DNA of 63,618 bases, counting the filler, from an uncultured Methanosarcinales archaeon (lineage in GTDB: Archaea > Nanobdellota > Nanobdellia > Woesearchaeales > JACPBV01): the NCBI GenBank assembly GCA_964492935.1. It is 7 parts of 7 records of this genome, joined end to end, with 100 filler letters (N's around TTAATTAATTAA, not from the genome) between each part and the next. Parts side by side here need not be neighbours in the genome. Positions count along the whole stretch, not along the records: positions 41,295 to 48,818 come from CAZBLF010000039.1; positions 48,919 to 56,411 come from CAZBLF010000040.1; positions 56,512 to 63,618 come from CAZBLF010000041.1; 4 more parts are not named here. The stretch is one strand, 5' to 3'. The notes below the pieces were generated by a model that was not told where the DNA came from, did no database searches, and saw nothing but the letters and a program-made list of their open reading frames with translations. Positions 48,210-56,700 of the stretch are shown one piece after another. A program made the position numbers and the translations under genes. Numbering within the stretch: position 1 is the stretch's first letter; the number at the start of each line of letters is the position of its first letter.

Positions 48210-48818
48210 ATGTTTCCAAACAATATCAACATGCTAAACATTAAGGACAAACTAGCTCAGGATAAAGCAGACATTAAGAAATCTTGGCTGGATATTCTTA
48301 AACGTATTAAAGAAGACCTTGCTTTTGTTTGGTCAAAAGAGGTCATAGAAGACTTAGAAGTAATTGAAGATGATGTAAAGAAAATAGATCATCTCTTCAA
48401 GCATTACTATTCTGGCAAGAGGATTCACACTGACGTAGAGCGACTACTGTCTCATATTAAAAGAAAAGATTCCACAAAAGCCTGGGTGCGTGAGCTGTAC
48501 AAGGAACTGAAGCAAGTAGTCGATGACACCCGCACAGTCCAAGAGGAGAAAAGCACAAGAGAGGGCATGGAAATCCTGAAAAGGAATGGATTTCCTATCG
48601 AGAAATACTCTGAAGCTGCAAATTTCCTTGCCTACCATCCAGAGGACCTGCTCGAACTGGAACGGTTCGAGAAGAAACTCCCAGGAGGCATTTTAAGTTT
48701 TTACCTTCCTATGTTAGTAAAAATAGGAGTAATCACCAAACAATCCTGTTCCGGAATAATCAAGAATCTATCCAAACTTGCGGATGCAACCGGAAAATAT
48801 ACTTATGTTGCATTGCAG
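48210..48818 (+). CDS. Hypothetical helical protein (3' truncated)
   Basis: Long ORF that runs into the linker. Confidence 0.6.
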
Positions 48819-48918
48819 NNNNNNNNNNNNNNNNNNNNNNNNNNNNNNNNNNNNNNNNNNNNTTAATTAATTAANNNNNNNNNNNNNNNNNNNNNNNNNN
48901 NNNNNNNNNNNNNNNNNN

Positions 48919-49431
48919 ATAGCGGCTGAGGTGGTGTGGGACGCCTATTTGAAGGGGTTTATCGAGGGTAAAGTGATTGCTGACCTTGGATGTGGGCAGG
49001 GTATCCTGGGAATAGGGTGTATGTTGCTTGGAGCTGCGAAAGTGCATTTTGTGGATGTAGATCCGGAAGTATTGGAAGCTGCACGTAAAACGGTAGCATT
49101 AGTAGAAAGTGAGTGTTCTAGTGCGTTTTTCGAGGGTGATGTTAGTGCCTTCAAGATTGAGGTGGATACGGTGATTATGAATCCTCCGTTCGGAGTACAA
49201 AGTGAGCATTCAGATAGGGAGTTTTTGGATGTTGCATGTCGTCTATCGTCGGTAGTGTTCAGTTTTCATAAGACTTCTACTGCTGCTTTCGTCGAACAGT
49301 ATGCTCGCAATCTTGGTTTTGATTTGTCTGAACGGTATAATTTCTCTTTTCCCTTGAAGTCTGCAATGGCTCACCACCGACGGAACGTGCAGCATATTGA
49401 GGTTAGTTGTTTTCGTTTTGAAAAATCTTAA
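48919..49431 (+). CDS. METTL5-family RNA methyltransferase (5' truncated)
   Basis: ADLGCGQGILGIG, VDVD, MNPPFG, HSDREFL. Confidence 0.88.
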   Translation: MAAEVVWDAYLKGFIEGKVIADLGCGQGILGIGCMLLGAAKVHFVDVDPEVLEAARKTVALVESECSSAFFEGDVSAFKIEVDTVIMNPPFGVQSEHSDREFLDVACRLSSVVFSFHKTSTAAFVEQYARNLGFDLSERYNFSFPLKSAMAHHRRNVQHIEVSCFRFEKS

Positions 49432-49516
49432 TGGGTTTATCGTCGGTAGATGTTGTTTTTGAGAAGAGAGTGATTTCTTGGGTCTGACTTTTATTCATAG
49501 TAACCTTTTTAAGTAG

Positions 49517-49807
49517 ATGGATTATCCTAAGGCTATGGAAGTAGCTATCGTCGAGGAAAGTAAAAATAAACTCATCTTTGAAGTCGATGAGAACGTTGGT
49601 TTTCTAAACGCTGTTAAGACAGAATTGCTTAATGATAAGCAGGTTAAGATTGCGACATACTTTGTGAAGCATCCTCTCGTAGGTAAGCCTCGGATGATTA
49701 TTGAGACTGATGGTGCAGATCCTAAGAAGGCTCTTGCATCTGCTACATCACGATTGAAGAAAGAAAACGATTCTTTTGCAGCTAGTGTTAAGAAAGCTCT
49801 TAAGTAA
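49517..49807 (+). CDS. rpoL: DNA-directed RNA polymerase subunit L (Rpo11)
   Basis: LIFEV..GFLNAVKTELL..VKIATYFVKHPL, IIETDG.DPKKAL. The start may instead be the ATG at 49535. Confidence 0.88.
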   Translation: MDYPKAMEVAIVEESKNKLIFEVDENVGFLNAVKTELLNDKQVKIATYFVKHPLVGKPRMIIETDGADPKKALASATSRLKKENDSFAASVKKALK

Positions 49808-49981
49808 AAAAATACCTTCTCCCACTTCTTACTGAATAAGTTCTATTGTTCGGTATTTTAGACGTCAAAGTCACCCTTTAGATTGGCGACTTTGAAGTAA
49901 CTAAATTCTCTTGTTTTAGACGTTCTAAAGCTCTAATTTGAGTTCCGTAACCTATAAATATATGGTGCCTAACAGAAGAAT

Positions 49982-50542
49982 ATGGCCTATATTCGTGTTA
50001 AGAAGATTCGGACTAAGAAAGGGAGCGTGTACCAATATGCATACCTTGTTGAGAATCGATATCGTAAACGGAAGGGTGGTGCTCGGCAAAAGGTGTTGGC
50101 CTATTTAGGAAAAGTGTATACTTTTGCTGTTGATTCTCGGTTATCATTTGAGGTTCCTGAGGAGGTAGATGCGGCTGCTTTTGTTGAGCAGTTTGGGTAC
50201 AAGGGCGTGGTCAAAAAGCTGGCAGGATTTGAATTGTTGAGGCATGGTTTTGCTTTTTCGGATGGATCTTATTCCCAGGATGGGATTGACATTACCGTCG
50301 GTGATTCTGGGATTATGTTTGGGAATGAGGCTGGGAATGACAAAGTGGTGCTTGCGTTTAATGAGGGTTTTTTGTGTAAGAAAACGTATCTTGATTTGTT
50401 GAAATTTACTGCGGAGAGTGATGATCCGCATGATGTAGGAGTTGCTTTTGGGAACGCGGTTTTAGAAGCGGGCATTGGCATTCCAAAGAATGTTTTTGTT
50501 GCTTTGTTTCAGAAAGTTTCTGGGTTAGAACTTGACCACTAG
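49982..50542 (+). CDS. Hypothetical protein with an IS1634-transposase-like N-terminal basic domain and no evident DDE core
   Basis: MAYIRVKKI..YQYAYLVEN..ARQKVLAYLGK. Only 186 aa. Confidence 0.6.
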   Translation: MAYIRVKKIRTKKGSVYQYAYLVENRYRKRKGGARQKVLAYLGKVYTFAVDSRLSFEVPEEVDAAAFVEQFGYKGVVKKLAGFELLRHGFAFSDGSYSQDGIDITVGDSGIMFGNEAGNDKVVLAFNEGFLCKKTYLDLLKFTAESDDPHDVGVAFGNAVLEAGIGIPKNVFVALFQKVSGLELDH

Positions 50543-50572
50543 ATATAAAAGTAGGCTGAGACTTCTTGGAGT

Positions 50573-51250
50573 ATGGAAAACGTGCCGCGACATGTTGCTG
50601 TCATTCTAGATGGTAATCGAAGATATGCCCAGGAAAATGGGATGCCTAAACTTGAGGGTCATCGCAAGGGTATTGAAAAGATTGGTGAGATGTTGCAGTG
50701 GTGTATGGATTCCGGTGTTCGCGAGCTTACGTTATACTGTTTGAGTACCGAGAATTTTGATCGGGATCAGAAGGAGGTTGATTATTTGTTCAAGTTGTTG
50801 CGAGATAAAATTAAATCGTTTTCTTCTGACAAGCAGATTCATGATAACAAGGTTAGAATTAAGGTAGTTGGAAGATTATCTCTGTTTCCGGATGATATTC
50901 GTGGGGAGATGGAGAAGGTGATGGGGGAGACTGCTCCCTATACTGATTATACTCTGAATCTGGCGATGGCGTATGGTTCTCGTGCTGAAATTGTGGATGC
51001 GGTGAAGAATTTAGTTGAGTCGGGAGAGGAGATTACTGAAGATGCTCTCGGTGACCGTCTGTATGTTACTTCGGATGTGGATCTTCTTATTAGGCCGGGT
51101 GGTGAGAAGCGAATTAGTAACTTTTTGTTGTGGCAGAACTCATATAGTGAGATTATTTGGGTGGATGCGTTATGGCCTGCTTTTTCTAAGGAAGATTTTG
51201 ATGGTTGTTTGTCGGAATTTAAGAATAGACAGCGAAGATATGGAAAATGA
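50573..51250 (+). CDS. uppS: cis-prenyltransferase (undecaprenyl/polyprenyl diphosphate synthase)
   Basis: HVAVILDGNRRYA, STENF, DLLIRPGGEKRISNFLLWQ, RQRRYG. Confidence 0.95.
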   Translation: MENVPRHVAVILDGNRRYAQENGMPKLEGHRKGIEKIGEMLQWCMDSGVRELTLYCLSTENFDRDQKEVDYLFKLLRDKIKSFSSDKQIHDNKVRIKVVGRLSLFPDDIRGEMEKVMGETAPYTDYTLNLAMAYGSRAEIVDAVKNLVESGEEITEDALGDRLYVTSDVDLLIRPGGEKRISNFLLWQNSYSEIIWVDALWPAFSKEDFDGCLSEFKNRQRRYGK

Positions 51251-51323
51251 TTCCTTCTCTGTGATTACAAAGTTATATATAGATGCTTCATGAAAAAAAG
51301 ATTGTTGTAGATGAGGTATTATA

Positions 51324-51430
51324 AGCACCTTCGAAATCTTACGGTATCATCATAAGGCTCTGTGGCCCGATGGCACAACCCCTACGACGAGCCGGACCTT
51401 GGTTCGCAAGGATTTCGACTGGAGGGTGCT
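51324..51430 (+). ncRNA. Structured element, copy C, immediately upstream of the recJ-like gene
   Basis: AGCACCT/GGGTGCT and TCGAAATCTT/AGGATTTCGA stems. Apex GGCTC-TGTG-G-CCCGATGGCACAACCCC-TACG-AC-GAGCC. Confidence 0.7.
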
Positions 51431-51445
51431 GGAATAGGAGATTGT

Positions 51446-52861
51446 ATGGATAAGTACGCACAATTTAAGGAACACATTTCTCATTGCCTGGAACGGTTTA
51501 AGGAGATTGATAGGCGAGAGACGATTAGGTTAGTTAGTCACCTGGATGCGGATGGTATTTCGTCTTGTAGTTTGATGGTGAAGGCACTGAATACGGATAG
51601 TAGGAAGTATTCGTTGAGTATTGTTCAGAGTTTGAATGAGGATGTGATTAAAGAGCTTGCTCGAGAGCCGTATCAGTACTTTGTGTTTACGGATTTAGGA
51701 TCTGGGGTGTTAAGCTTATTGAATAAGTATCTAGCTGATCGGCAGGTCTATGTATTGGATCACCACGAGATTGAAGATTGTAAGGTGCACTCACACATCT
51801 CGCACGTGAATCCCCATCTTTTTGGTATTGATGGGGGTAAAGAGATCTCTGGAGCCGGTGTTGTGTTTCTTTTTGTTCGAAGCTTAAGTAAAAAATTAGA
51901 TGATGTTGCCCATATTGCTATGATTGGTGCTACGGGAGACATGCAGGAGGATGGTAATGGGTTCTTGACACTGAATAAGGAGATTTTGGATGTTGCTGTT
52001 GCTAGTGGAAAGTTAACGGTGTCGCGCGGATTGCGTATTTTTGGTGCACAGACGCGACCATTGCATAAAGTGTTAGAATATTGTACCGATCCATTCATTC
52101 CTGGTGTTTCTGGTAGTGAATCTGGAACGATACAGTTCTTGAATGAGATTGGTATTGGCGCTAAGAACGGTGATGGATGGAGGAAGATTGTGCATCTGGA
52201 TACTGAAGAGTTACAAAATTTGGTGAGTGGTATTATTGTTCGGCGCATGGGGGAGGATCGTCCGGAAGATGTGCTGGGTAATGTGTATATTCTGAATGAT
52301 GAGGAGAAGGAGAGTCCGTTTCGCGATATTAAGGAATTTAGTACGTTGTTGAATGCATGTGGGAGAATGGATAATGCTACATTAGGTATTGGTGCGTGTT
52401 TAGGCGATCCTAAAACTAAAGAGAAAGCGTTGAAGAATTTATTGAGCTATAAACGGTTGATTATGGAGTCGATGCGATGGTTTGAGTCGCAATCTGATGG
52501 AAGTAGCGTGAAGCGGGGAGAGGGATATATCATTATCAACGCTGAGGACCAGGTGAAAGCGAGTATTATTGGTACGATGGCCTCTATTTTGTCTAAATCT
52601 AATGATATGAAAAAGGGTACGCTGATATTGTCATTGGCCGACTTATTGGATGGCAAATATAAGGTTTCTTTACGTGTATGTGGGAGTGCAGATGTTGATT
52701 TACGTTTGCTCGCTACACAAATGGCTTCGGCTGTTGGCGGGGAGGCTGGCGGACATGAATATGCGGCTGGCGCTATTATTGATGAAGATAAAGTAACTGC
52801 TTTTTTAGAGGAAGCTGAGAAGATTTTAGTTAAAAGAGGAATGGAAGAGATTATTCGTTAG
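51446..52861 (+). CDS. RecJ/GAN-like DHH phosphoesterase (archaeal type)
   Basis: SHLDADG, TDLGSG, LDHH, GATGDMQ, LLNACGR and DHHA1 GGHEYAAG. GGAG RBS before the ATG at 51446. Confidence 0.9.
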   Translation: MDKYAQFKEHISHCLERFKEIDRRETIRLVSHLDADGISSCSLMVKALNTDSRKYSLSIVQSLNEDVIKELAREPYQYFVFTDLGSGVLSLLNKYLADRQVYVLDHHEIEDCKVHSHISHVNPHLFGIDGGKEISGAGVVFLFVRSLSKKLDDVAHIAMIGATGDMQEDGNGFLTLNKEILDVAVASGKLTVSRGLRIFGAQTRPLHKVLEYCTDPFIPGVSGSESGTIQFLNEIGIGAKNGDGWRKIVHLDTEELQNLVSGIIVRRMGEDRPEDVLGNVYILNDEEKESPFRDIKEFSTLLNACGRMDNATLGIGACLGDPKTKEKALKNLLSYKRLIMESMRWFESQSDGSSVKRGEGYIIINAEDQVKASIIGTMASILSKSNDMKKGTLILSLADLLDGKYKVSLRVCGSADVDLRLLATQMASAVGGEAGGHEYAAGAIIDEDKVTAFLEEAEKILVKRGMEEIIR

Positions 52862-52874
52862 GATTCTAGAGAAT

Positions 52875-53141
52875 TTACAAAGCGATTCTGATGCCGTCGA
52901 TGTTTTCGGCGACTTCGGTGCCTTTCTTGGTTAAGGTTAATAGTTTTAGTCTTCCTTGCTTTTCGAAGTTTACTAGGCCAGCTTTTTCCATTTGCTGTAG
53001 GATTTTGACAACGTGAGAATATGTGCAGTCGATTTCTTTTGCTAGTGAGGATGCATACATAGCATCTTTGGTATTTTTCAAATTTACTAGCATCATGGCT
53101 GGCTTTTCTCTAAAGAACACGTTAAAGACTTTGTCATTCAT
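52875..53141 (-). CDS. Winged-helix (MarR-like) DNA-binding protein
   Basis: YASSLAKEIDCTYSHVVKILQQMEKAGLV..GR...LTLTKKG. Confidence 0.88.
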   Translation of the reverse strand: MNDKVFNVFFREKPAMMLVNLKNTKDAMYASSLAKEIDCTYSHVVKILQQMEKAGLVNFEKQGRLKLLTLTKKGTEVAENIDGIRIAL

Positions 53142-53385
53142 TTTTGTTTCAACACTCTCTGAAAACCGTAGTCGCGAACAAGATTTATACTCTTGTTGTC
53201 CGCTCGTAATGAGTAAAGGACAGTTCGTATTATCGGTAATGTGTCCTTCACTATATAGTTTTGAGAATATAATTGAGATATATAAACCTTTCGCCGTGTT
53301 GTTATCTCGGGTTGTAGTAAAAATTCGATAAACTGAATTTACCTTGAAGCAAAAGTATAAAAACTAGTGACGGTTGCTTGTAATT

Positions 53386-54297
53386 ATGGCAAGTCGTAAT
53401 GTAATCATTATTGGTGGCGGAATTAGTGCTCATACTGCTGCAGTCTATACTGCTCGTGCTGACTTGAAGCCGCTAGTGTTATCTGGTCGAGGATTGGATC
53501 AGTTAAGCCAGACCTCGCTCGTTGAGAATTTCCCGGGATTTGTTGAGGGGATTCTGGGGCCGGATTTGATTGTTAATGCTAAGAAACAGGCTCAGAAGTT
53601 TGGGGCTGAATACATTGGAGAGGATGTTACTGGATTTAAGAAGGTTGCATCGGGCTATGAAATTACTACTGCGAAAGAAACGTACATTGGAAAAACGGTT
53701 ATTATCTCTTCTGGCGCTTCCGCTCGAAAATTAGGTATTCCTGGAGAGGATTCATTCTTTGGGAAAGGTGTTTCGACTTGTGCAACGTGTGATGCTCCCT
53801 TTTTCAAGGGTAAAAAGGTTGTTATTGTGGGTGGCGGAGACAGTGCCATGGAGGAAACGATGGCATTGTACAAGTTTGCGTCTGAAATTCATTTGGTGCA
53901 TAGACGAGATTCTTTTCGTGCTTCGAAGATTATGCAGAAACGGGTTTTAGATTCTACAGATAAAATTACTATTCATTATGAGACGGAAACGTTAGAAGTT
54001 TTGGGTGATAAGTTTGTTACTGGAGTTAAGATTAAAGACTCTACTGGGGAGTCTGAGATTGCGTGTGATGGTATGTTCTTAGCAATTGGACACATTCCGA
54101 ATACTGATTTCTTAAACGGTGCTGTGAAATTGGATGATCAGGGCTATATTGCTGTTGATGGGGTTAAAACTTCCCTTCCTGGAGTATATGCTGCTGGTGA
54201 TGTTATGGATCCTCACTATCGGCAGGCGATTACGTCGGCTGGGACGGGATGTATGTCTGCATTAGAGGCTGAACATTATCTTGAGACGTTAGAGTAG
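53386..54297 (+). CDS. trxB: Thioredoxin-disulfide reductase
   Basis: ENFPGF, GVSTCATCD, GGGDSA, HRRDSFRAS, AAGDV, QAITSAG. Confidence 0.95.
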   Translation: MASRNVIIIGGGISAHTAAVYTARADLKPLVLSGRGLDQLSQTSLVENFPGFVEGILGPDLIVNAKKQAQKFGAEYIGEDVTGFKKVASGYEITTAKETYIGKTVIISSGASARKLGIPGEDSFFGKGVSTCATCDAPFFKGKKVVIVGGGDSAMEETMALYKFASEIHLVHRRDSFRASKIMQKRVLDSTDKITIHYETETLEVLGDKFVTGVKIKDSTGESEIACDGMFLAIGHIPNTDFLNGAVKLDDQGYIAVDGVKTSLPGVYAAGDVMDPHYRQAITSAGTGCMSALEAEHYLETLE

Positions 54298-54337
54298 CAT
54301 TCGAAAGTTCTATAACTGAAGGAGTATTTGTATTTGT

Positions 54338-54721
54338 ATGGATGACTCCCCAAAAAGGACACATCGCAATCGGCTTAATGACTATCCTATCTGGGACTGG
54401 GATCTGGAGCAAGTAGTAGATGGGCTTGCTGAAGAGGATGCTCTTATCAGAACTGCTGAAAAAGAAAAAAAGGCGAGATCTCGATCTTTTTTTACTTATT
54501 TGGCACTTGCTGCGAGTGCTGGGGCGCTTATCATCACAGGATATTACTTTGGCCTTCGTGAAGGAAAAAACTACTCTTTCCTGGATAAAAACCTCGGTGG
54601 GCCGATGCAGGAGCTTTCAGTGGATGAACTGCCTGTAGGTGAAATACGCCCTCTGTTTCCGGCACGTAGTTTGTTAGAGCAGGATATGCTTGGTAATCAA
54701 CGAATTCTTTATGAGAGATGA
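54338..54721 (+). CDS. Hypothetical single-TM protein
   Basis: 127 aa with a central hydrophobic helix. Confidence 0.55.
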   Translation: MDDSPKRTHRNRLNDYPIWDWDLEQVVDGLAEEDALIRTAEKEKKARSRSFFTYLALAASAGALIITGYYFGLREGKNYSFLDKNLGGPMQELSVDELPVGEIRPLFPARSLLEQDMLGNQRILYER

Positions 54722-54844
54722 TTGTATCTATCGTTTTCAGAATGCATAGAAAGGCGGTTTAGCATTGCAAACACAACGTTTATATATCACATCGGTATTG
54801 TTATTTTTGTTGGGAGCGTTCTGGATTATATAGAGGTGTAGCAA

Positions 54845-56080
54845 GTGGAAGAACATAAACATACCGATGAAGATAACCATGCGCATGCTTGGCATGAACA
54901 TAGAAAGCCTGAGCATCATGAAAAGAAAGTAGAACCTCATCATCATGAAAAGTCTCATGTGCACCACCATAAGAAAGAATCAGGTATGGGATTTACGTAC
55001 CTGATGTATGGTTTCTTTGCAGTTATTGGAATTTTGCTGATTTTTAATTTTATGCAGCTGAGTGCTGTTGGTGATTTGTTGCAGGAACGGATTGGTGAGG
55101 CTAAAGAGGCTAGTGTTCCTGCTATCATTAGCTTGACAACGATTGTTGACGGTTCTTGTAGCGATTGTTTTGATGTTGCGCCTTTAATTGAGAAGATTGA
55201 GGGGGCGCATGTGAATATTACTGAACGTATTGAGATGAATGCTGATGAAGGTGCTGCGTTATTGGAACAGTATGGCATTGAGCAGCTTCCTACGATTATT
55301 ATTACAGGTGAGATTAACAAATCTGGGATTACTGGATTGGATGTGGTGGAGGATGCTTTAGTCTTAACTGCGATTGAGCCGCCGTACACGGATGTTGCTA
55401 GTGGAAATGTGTTTGGTCGGGTTACGGCGATACACATTAACGATCCTGCGTGTACTTCCTGTGTGGATTTATCAGCATCGATTACTGAATTACGGGAAAG
55501 TTTAACGATTACTCGGGTTGATACGTTTGCTCGAACGAGTGTGAATGCAAAGGCTGCTATTGCGAATTATGGTATTACGAAGCTTCCTGCTTTGATCTTG
55601 TCGTCGGAGTATGGCGTGTATGCTGTAGCTGCTGATTTAGAGGCGGTTGGAGAGGTTGCTAGCGATGGAAGTCTTGTTATCGAGACGTTGCAGCCGCCAT
55701 ATGTGAATGCGGTTTCGGGTGAGGTCGAAGGTGTTGTTGACTGGATTATGTTGACTGATGCTAGTTGTAGTACGTGTTATGATGCTACGATGCATAGGGC
55801 TATTCTTGCTCGCTTTGGTTTTGCTTTTGGCAAAGAGGAGAGTTTTGACATTTCGAGTACGCGAGGTAAGGAATTGGTTGCGCAGTATGCTATCGATTCA
55901 GTGCCTGCCATTATTGTTTCTAAAGATGCGAAGTCGTATGCTGCCTTTACCGAGGTGTGGCCCCAGGTAGGGACTGAGGAAACTGATGGGAAGTTTATCT
56001 TTAGAAATAACGAAATCTTGGGACAAACTTATAAAGATTTAACAACAAATACCATAATAGAAGGGGGTACTCAACAATGA
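54845..56080 (+). CDS. Membrane-anchored protein with a His-rich N-terminus and three thioredoxin-like CxxC repeats
   Basis: His-rich leader, one TM helix, then CSDC..YGIEQLP, CTSC..YGITKLP and CSTC..YAIDSVP. Confidence 0.8.
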   Translation: MEEHKHTDEDNHAHAWHEHRKPEHHEKKVEPHHHEKSHVHHHKKESGMGFTYLMYGFFAVIGILLIFNFMQLSAVGDLLQERIGEAKEASVPAIISLTTIVDGSCSDCFDVAPLIEKIEGAHVNITERIEMNADEGAALLEQYGIEQLPTIIITGEINKSGITGLDVVEDALVLTAIEPPYTDVASGNVFGRVTAIHINDPACTSCVDLSASITELRESLTITRVDTFARTSVNAKAAIANYGITKLPALILSSEYGVYAVAADLEAVGEVASDGSLVIETLQPPYVNAVSGEVEGVVDWIMLTDASCSTCYDATMHRAILARFGFAFGKEESFDISSTRGKELVAQYAIDSVPAIIVSKDAKSYAAFTEVWPQVGTEETDGKFIFRNNEILGQTYKDLTTNTIIEGGTQQ

Positions 56081-56268
56081 AAACGAAAACACTTGTACTT
56101 GGTCTTTTGCTTGTAGTTGGCTTGCTTATGGTAGGCTGTGCATCTGAGGGATCAGGAAGTTACCAGGCACCTAGCGGTCCTATTGGAGGCGGATGTGGAA
56201 TTCAGGCGCCTGCAGGAGATGTAGGTGTTGCTGGAGCAGTAGCTGCAATTGATGTTGTAGGAGCATAA
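56077..56268 (+). CDS. Small lipoprotein with a GGGCG motif
   Basis: LMVGC lipobox and PIGGGCG. Overlaps the upstream stop. Confidence 0.7.
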   Translation: MKTKTLVLGLLLVVGLLMVGCASEGSGSYQAPSGPIGGGCGIQAPAGDVGVAGAVAAIDVVGA

Positions 56269-56270
56269 TC

Positions 56271-56411
56271 ATGAAGCCGGTTCGGGATACGTTTTCCTTT
56301 CTTTTTTCTCGACCGTATGGTTTACTCTGTTTATTTATTCTTGATTTATTATTTTTAGGTGTGTTGCTGTTGTTTGTTCCTGTTTTCAAAGGTTTTGATG
56401 CTTACTTGTTT
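56271..56411 (+). CDS. Membrane protein, N-terminal fragment
   Basis: Hydrophobic ORF with an AGGAG RBS; runs into the linker. Confidence 0.55.
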
Positions 56412-56700
56412 NNNNNNNNNNNNNNNNNNNNNNNNNNNNNNNNNNNNNNNNNNNNTTAATTAATTAANNNNNNNNNNNNNNNNNNNNNNNNNNNNNNNNN
56501 NNNNNNNNNNNGTTATTTAGCGTTTATCACTCTGCTAAAGCAGAGTACGGAATTCTCCTTTAAATACTGGTTGATTATTCATTAGTATGTGGTTTCACAC
56601 TAATTATTTTATTCCGCCGGCTGAGTTTGATAGTACCGGTAGTAAGAGTTTGACTCGTCCTGGGAACTTTCGATGTACGGGCGAATCGAAGGAGTAGGCG

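Noticed and set aside
49982..50542. Intact IS1634 insertion sequence
   Set aside because: Far too short for the transposase, no DDE catalytic region, and no paired terminal inverted repeats around the gene.
51355..51430. SAM-I riboswitch (TGGCCCGATG...CAACC...GGTGCT resemblance)
   Set aside because: The P1 ATC..GAG/GAT core and four-way junction are missing, the downstream gene is not sulfur-related, and copies A and B do not keep these words.
51362..51445. 28-aa N-terminal extension of the RecJ-like protein
   Set aside because: It overlaps structured element C. The ATG at 51446 has a GGAG RBS and gives a normal N-terminus.
12335..56511. Recurrent TTAATTAATTAA palindrome as a biological repeat
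   Set aside because: Always centred in identical N padding, so it is a synthetic contig linker. Gene adjacency across these linkers is meaningless.
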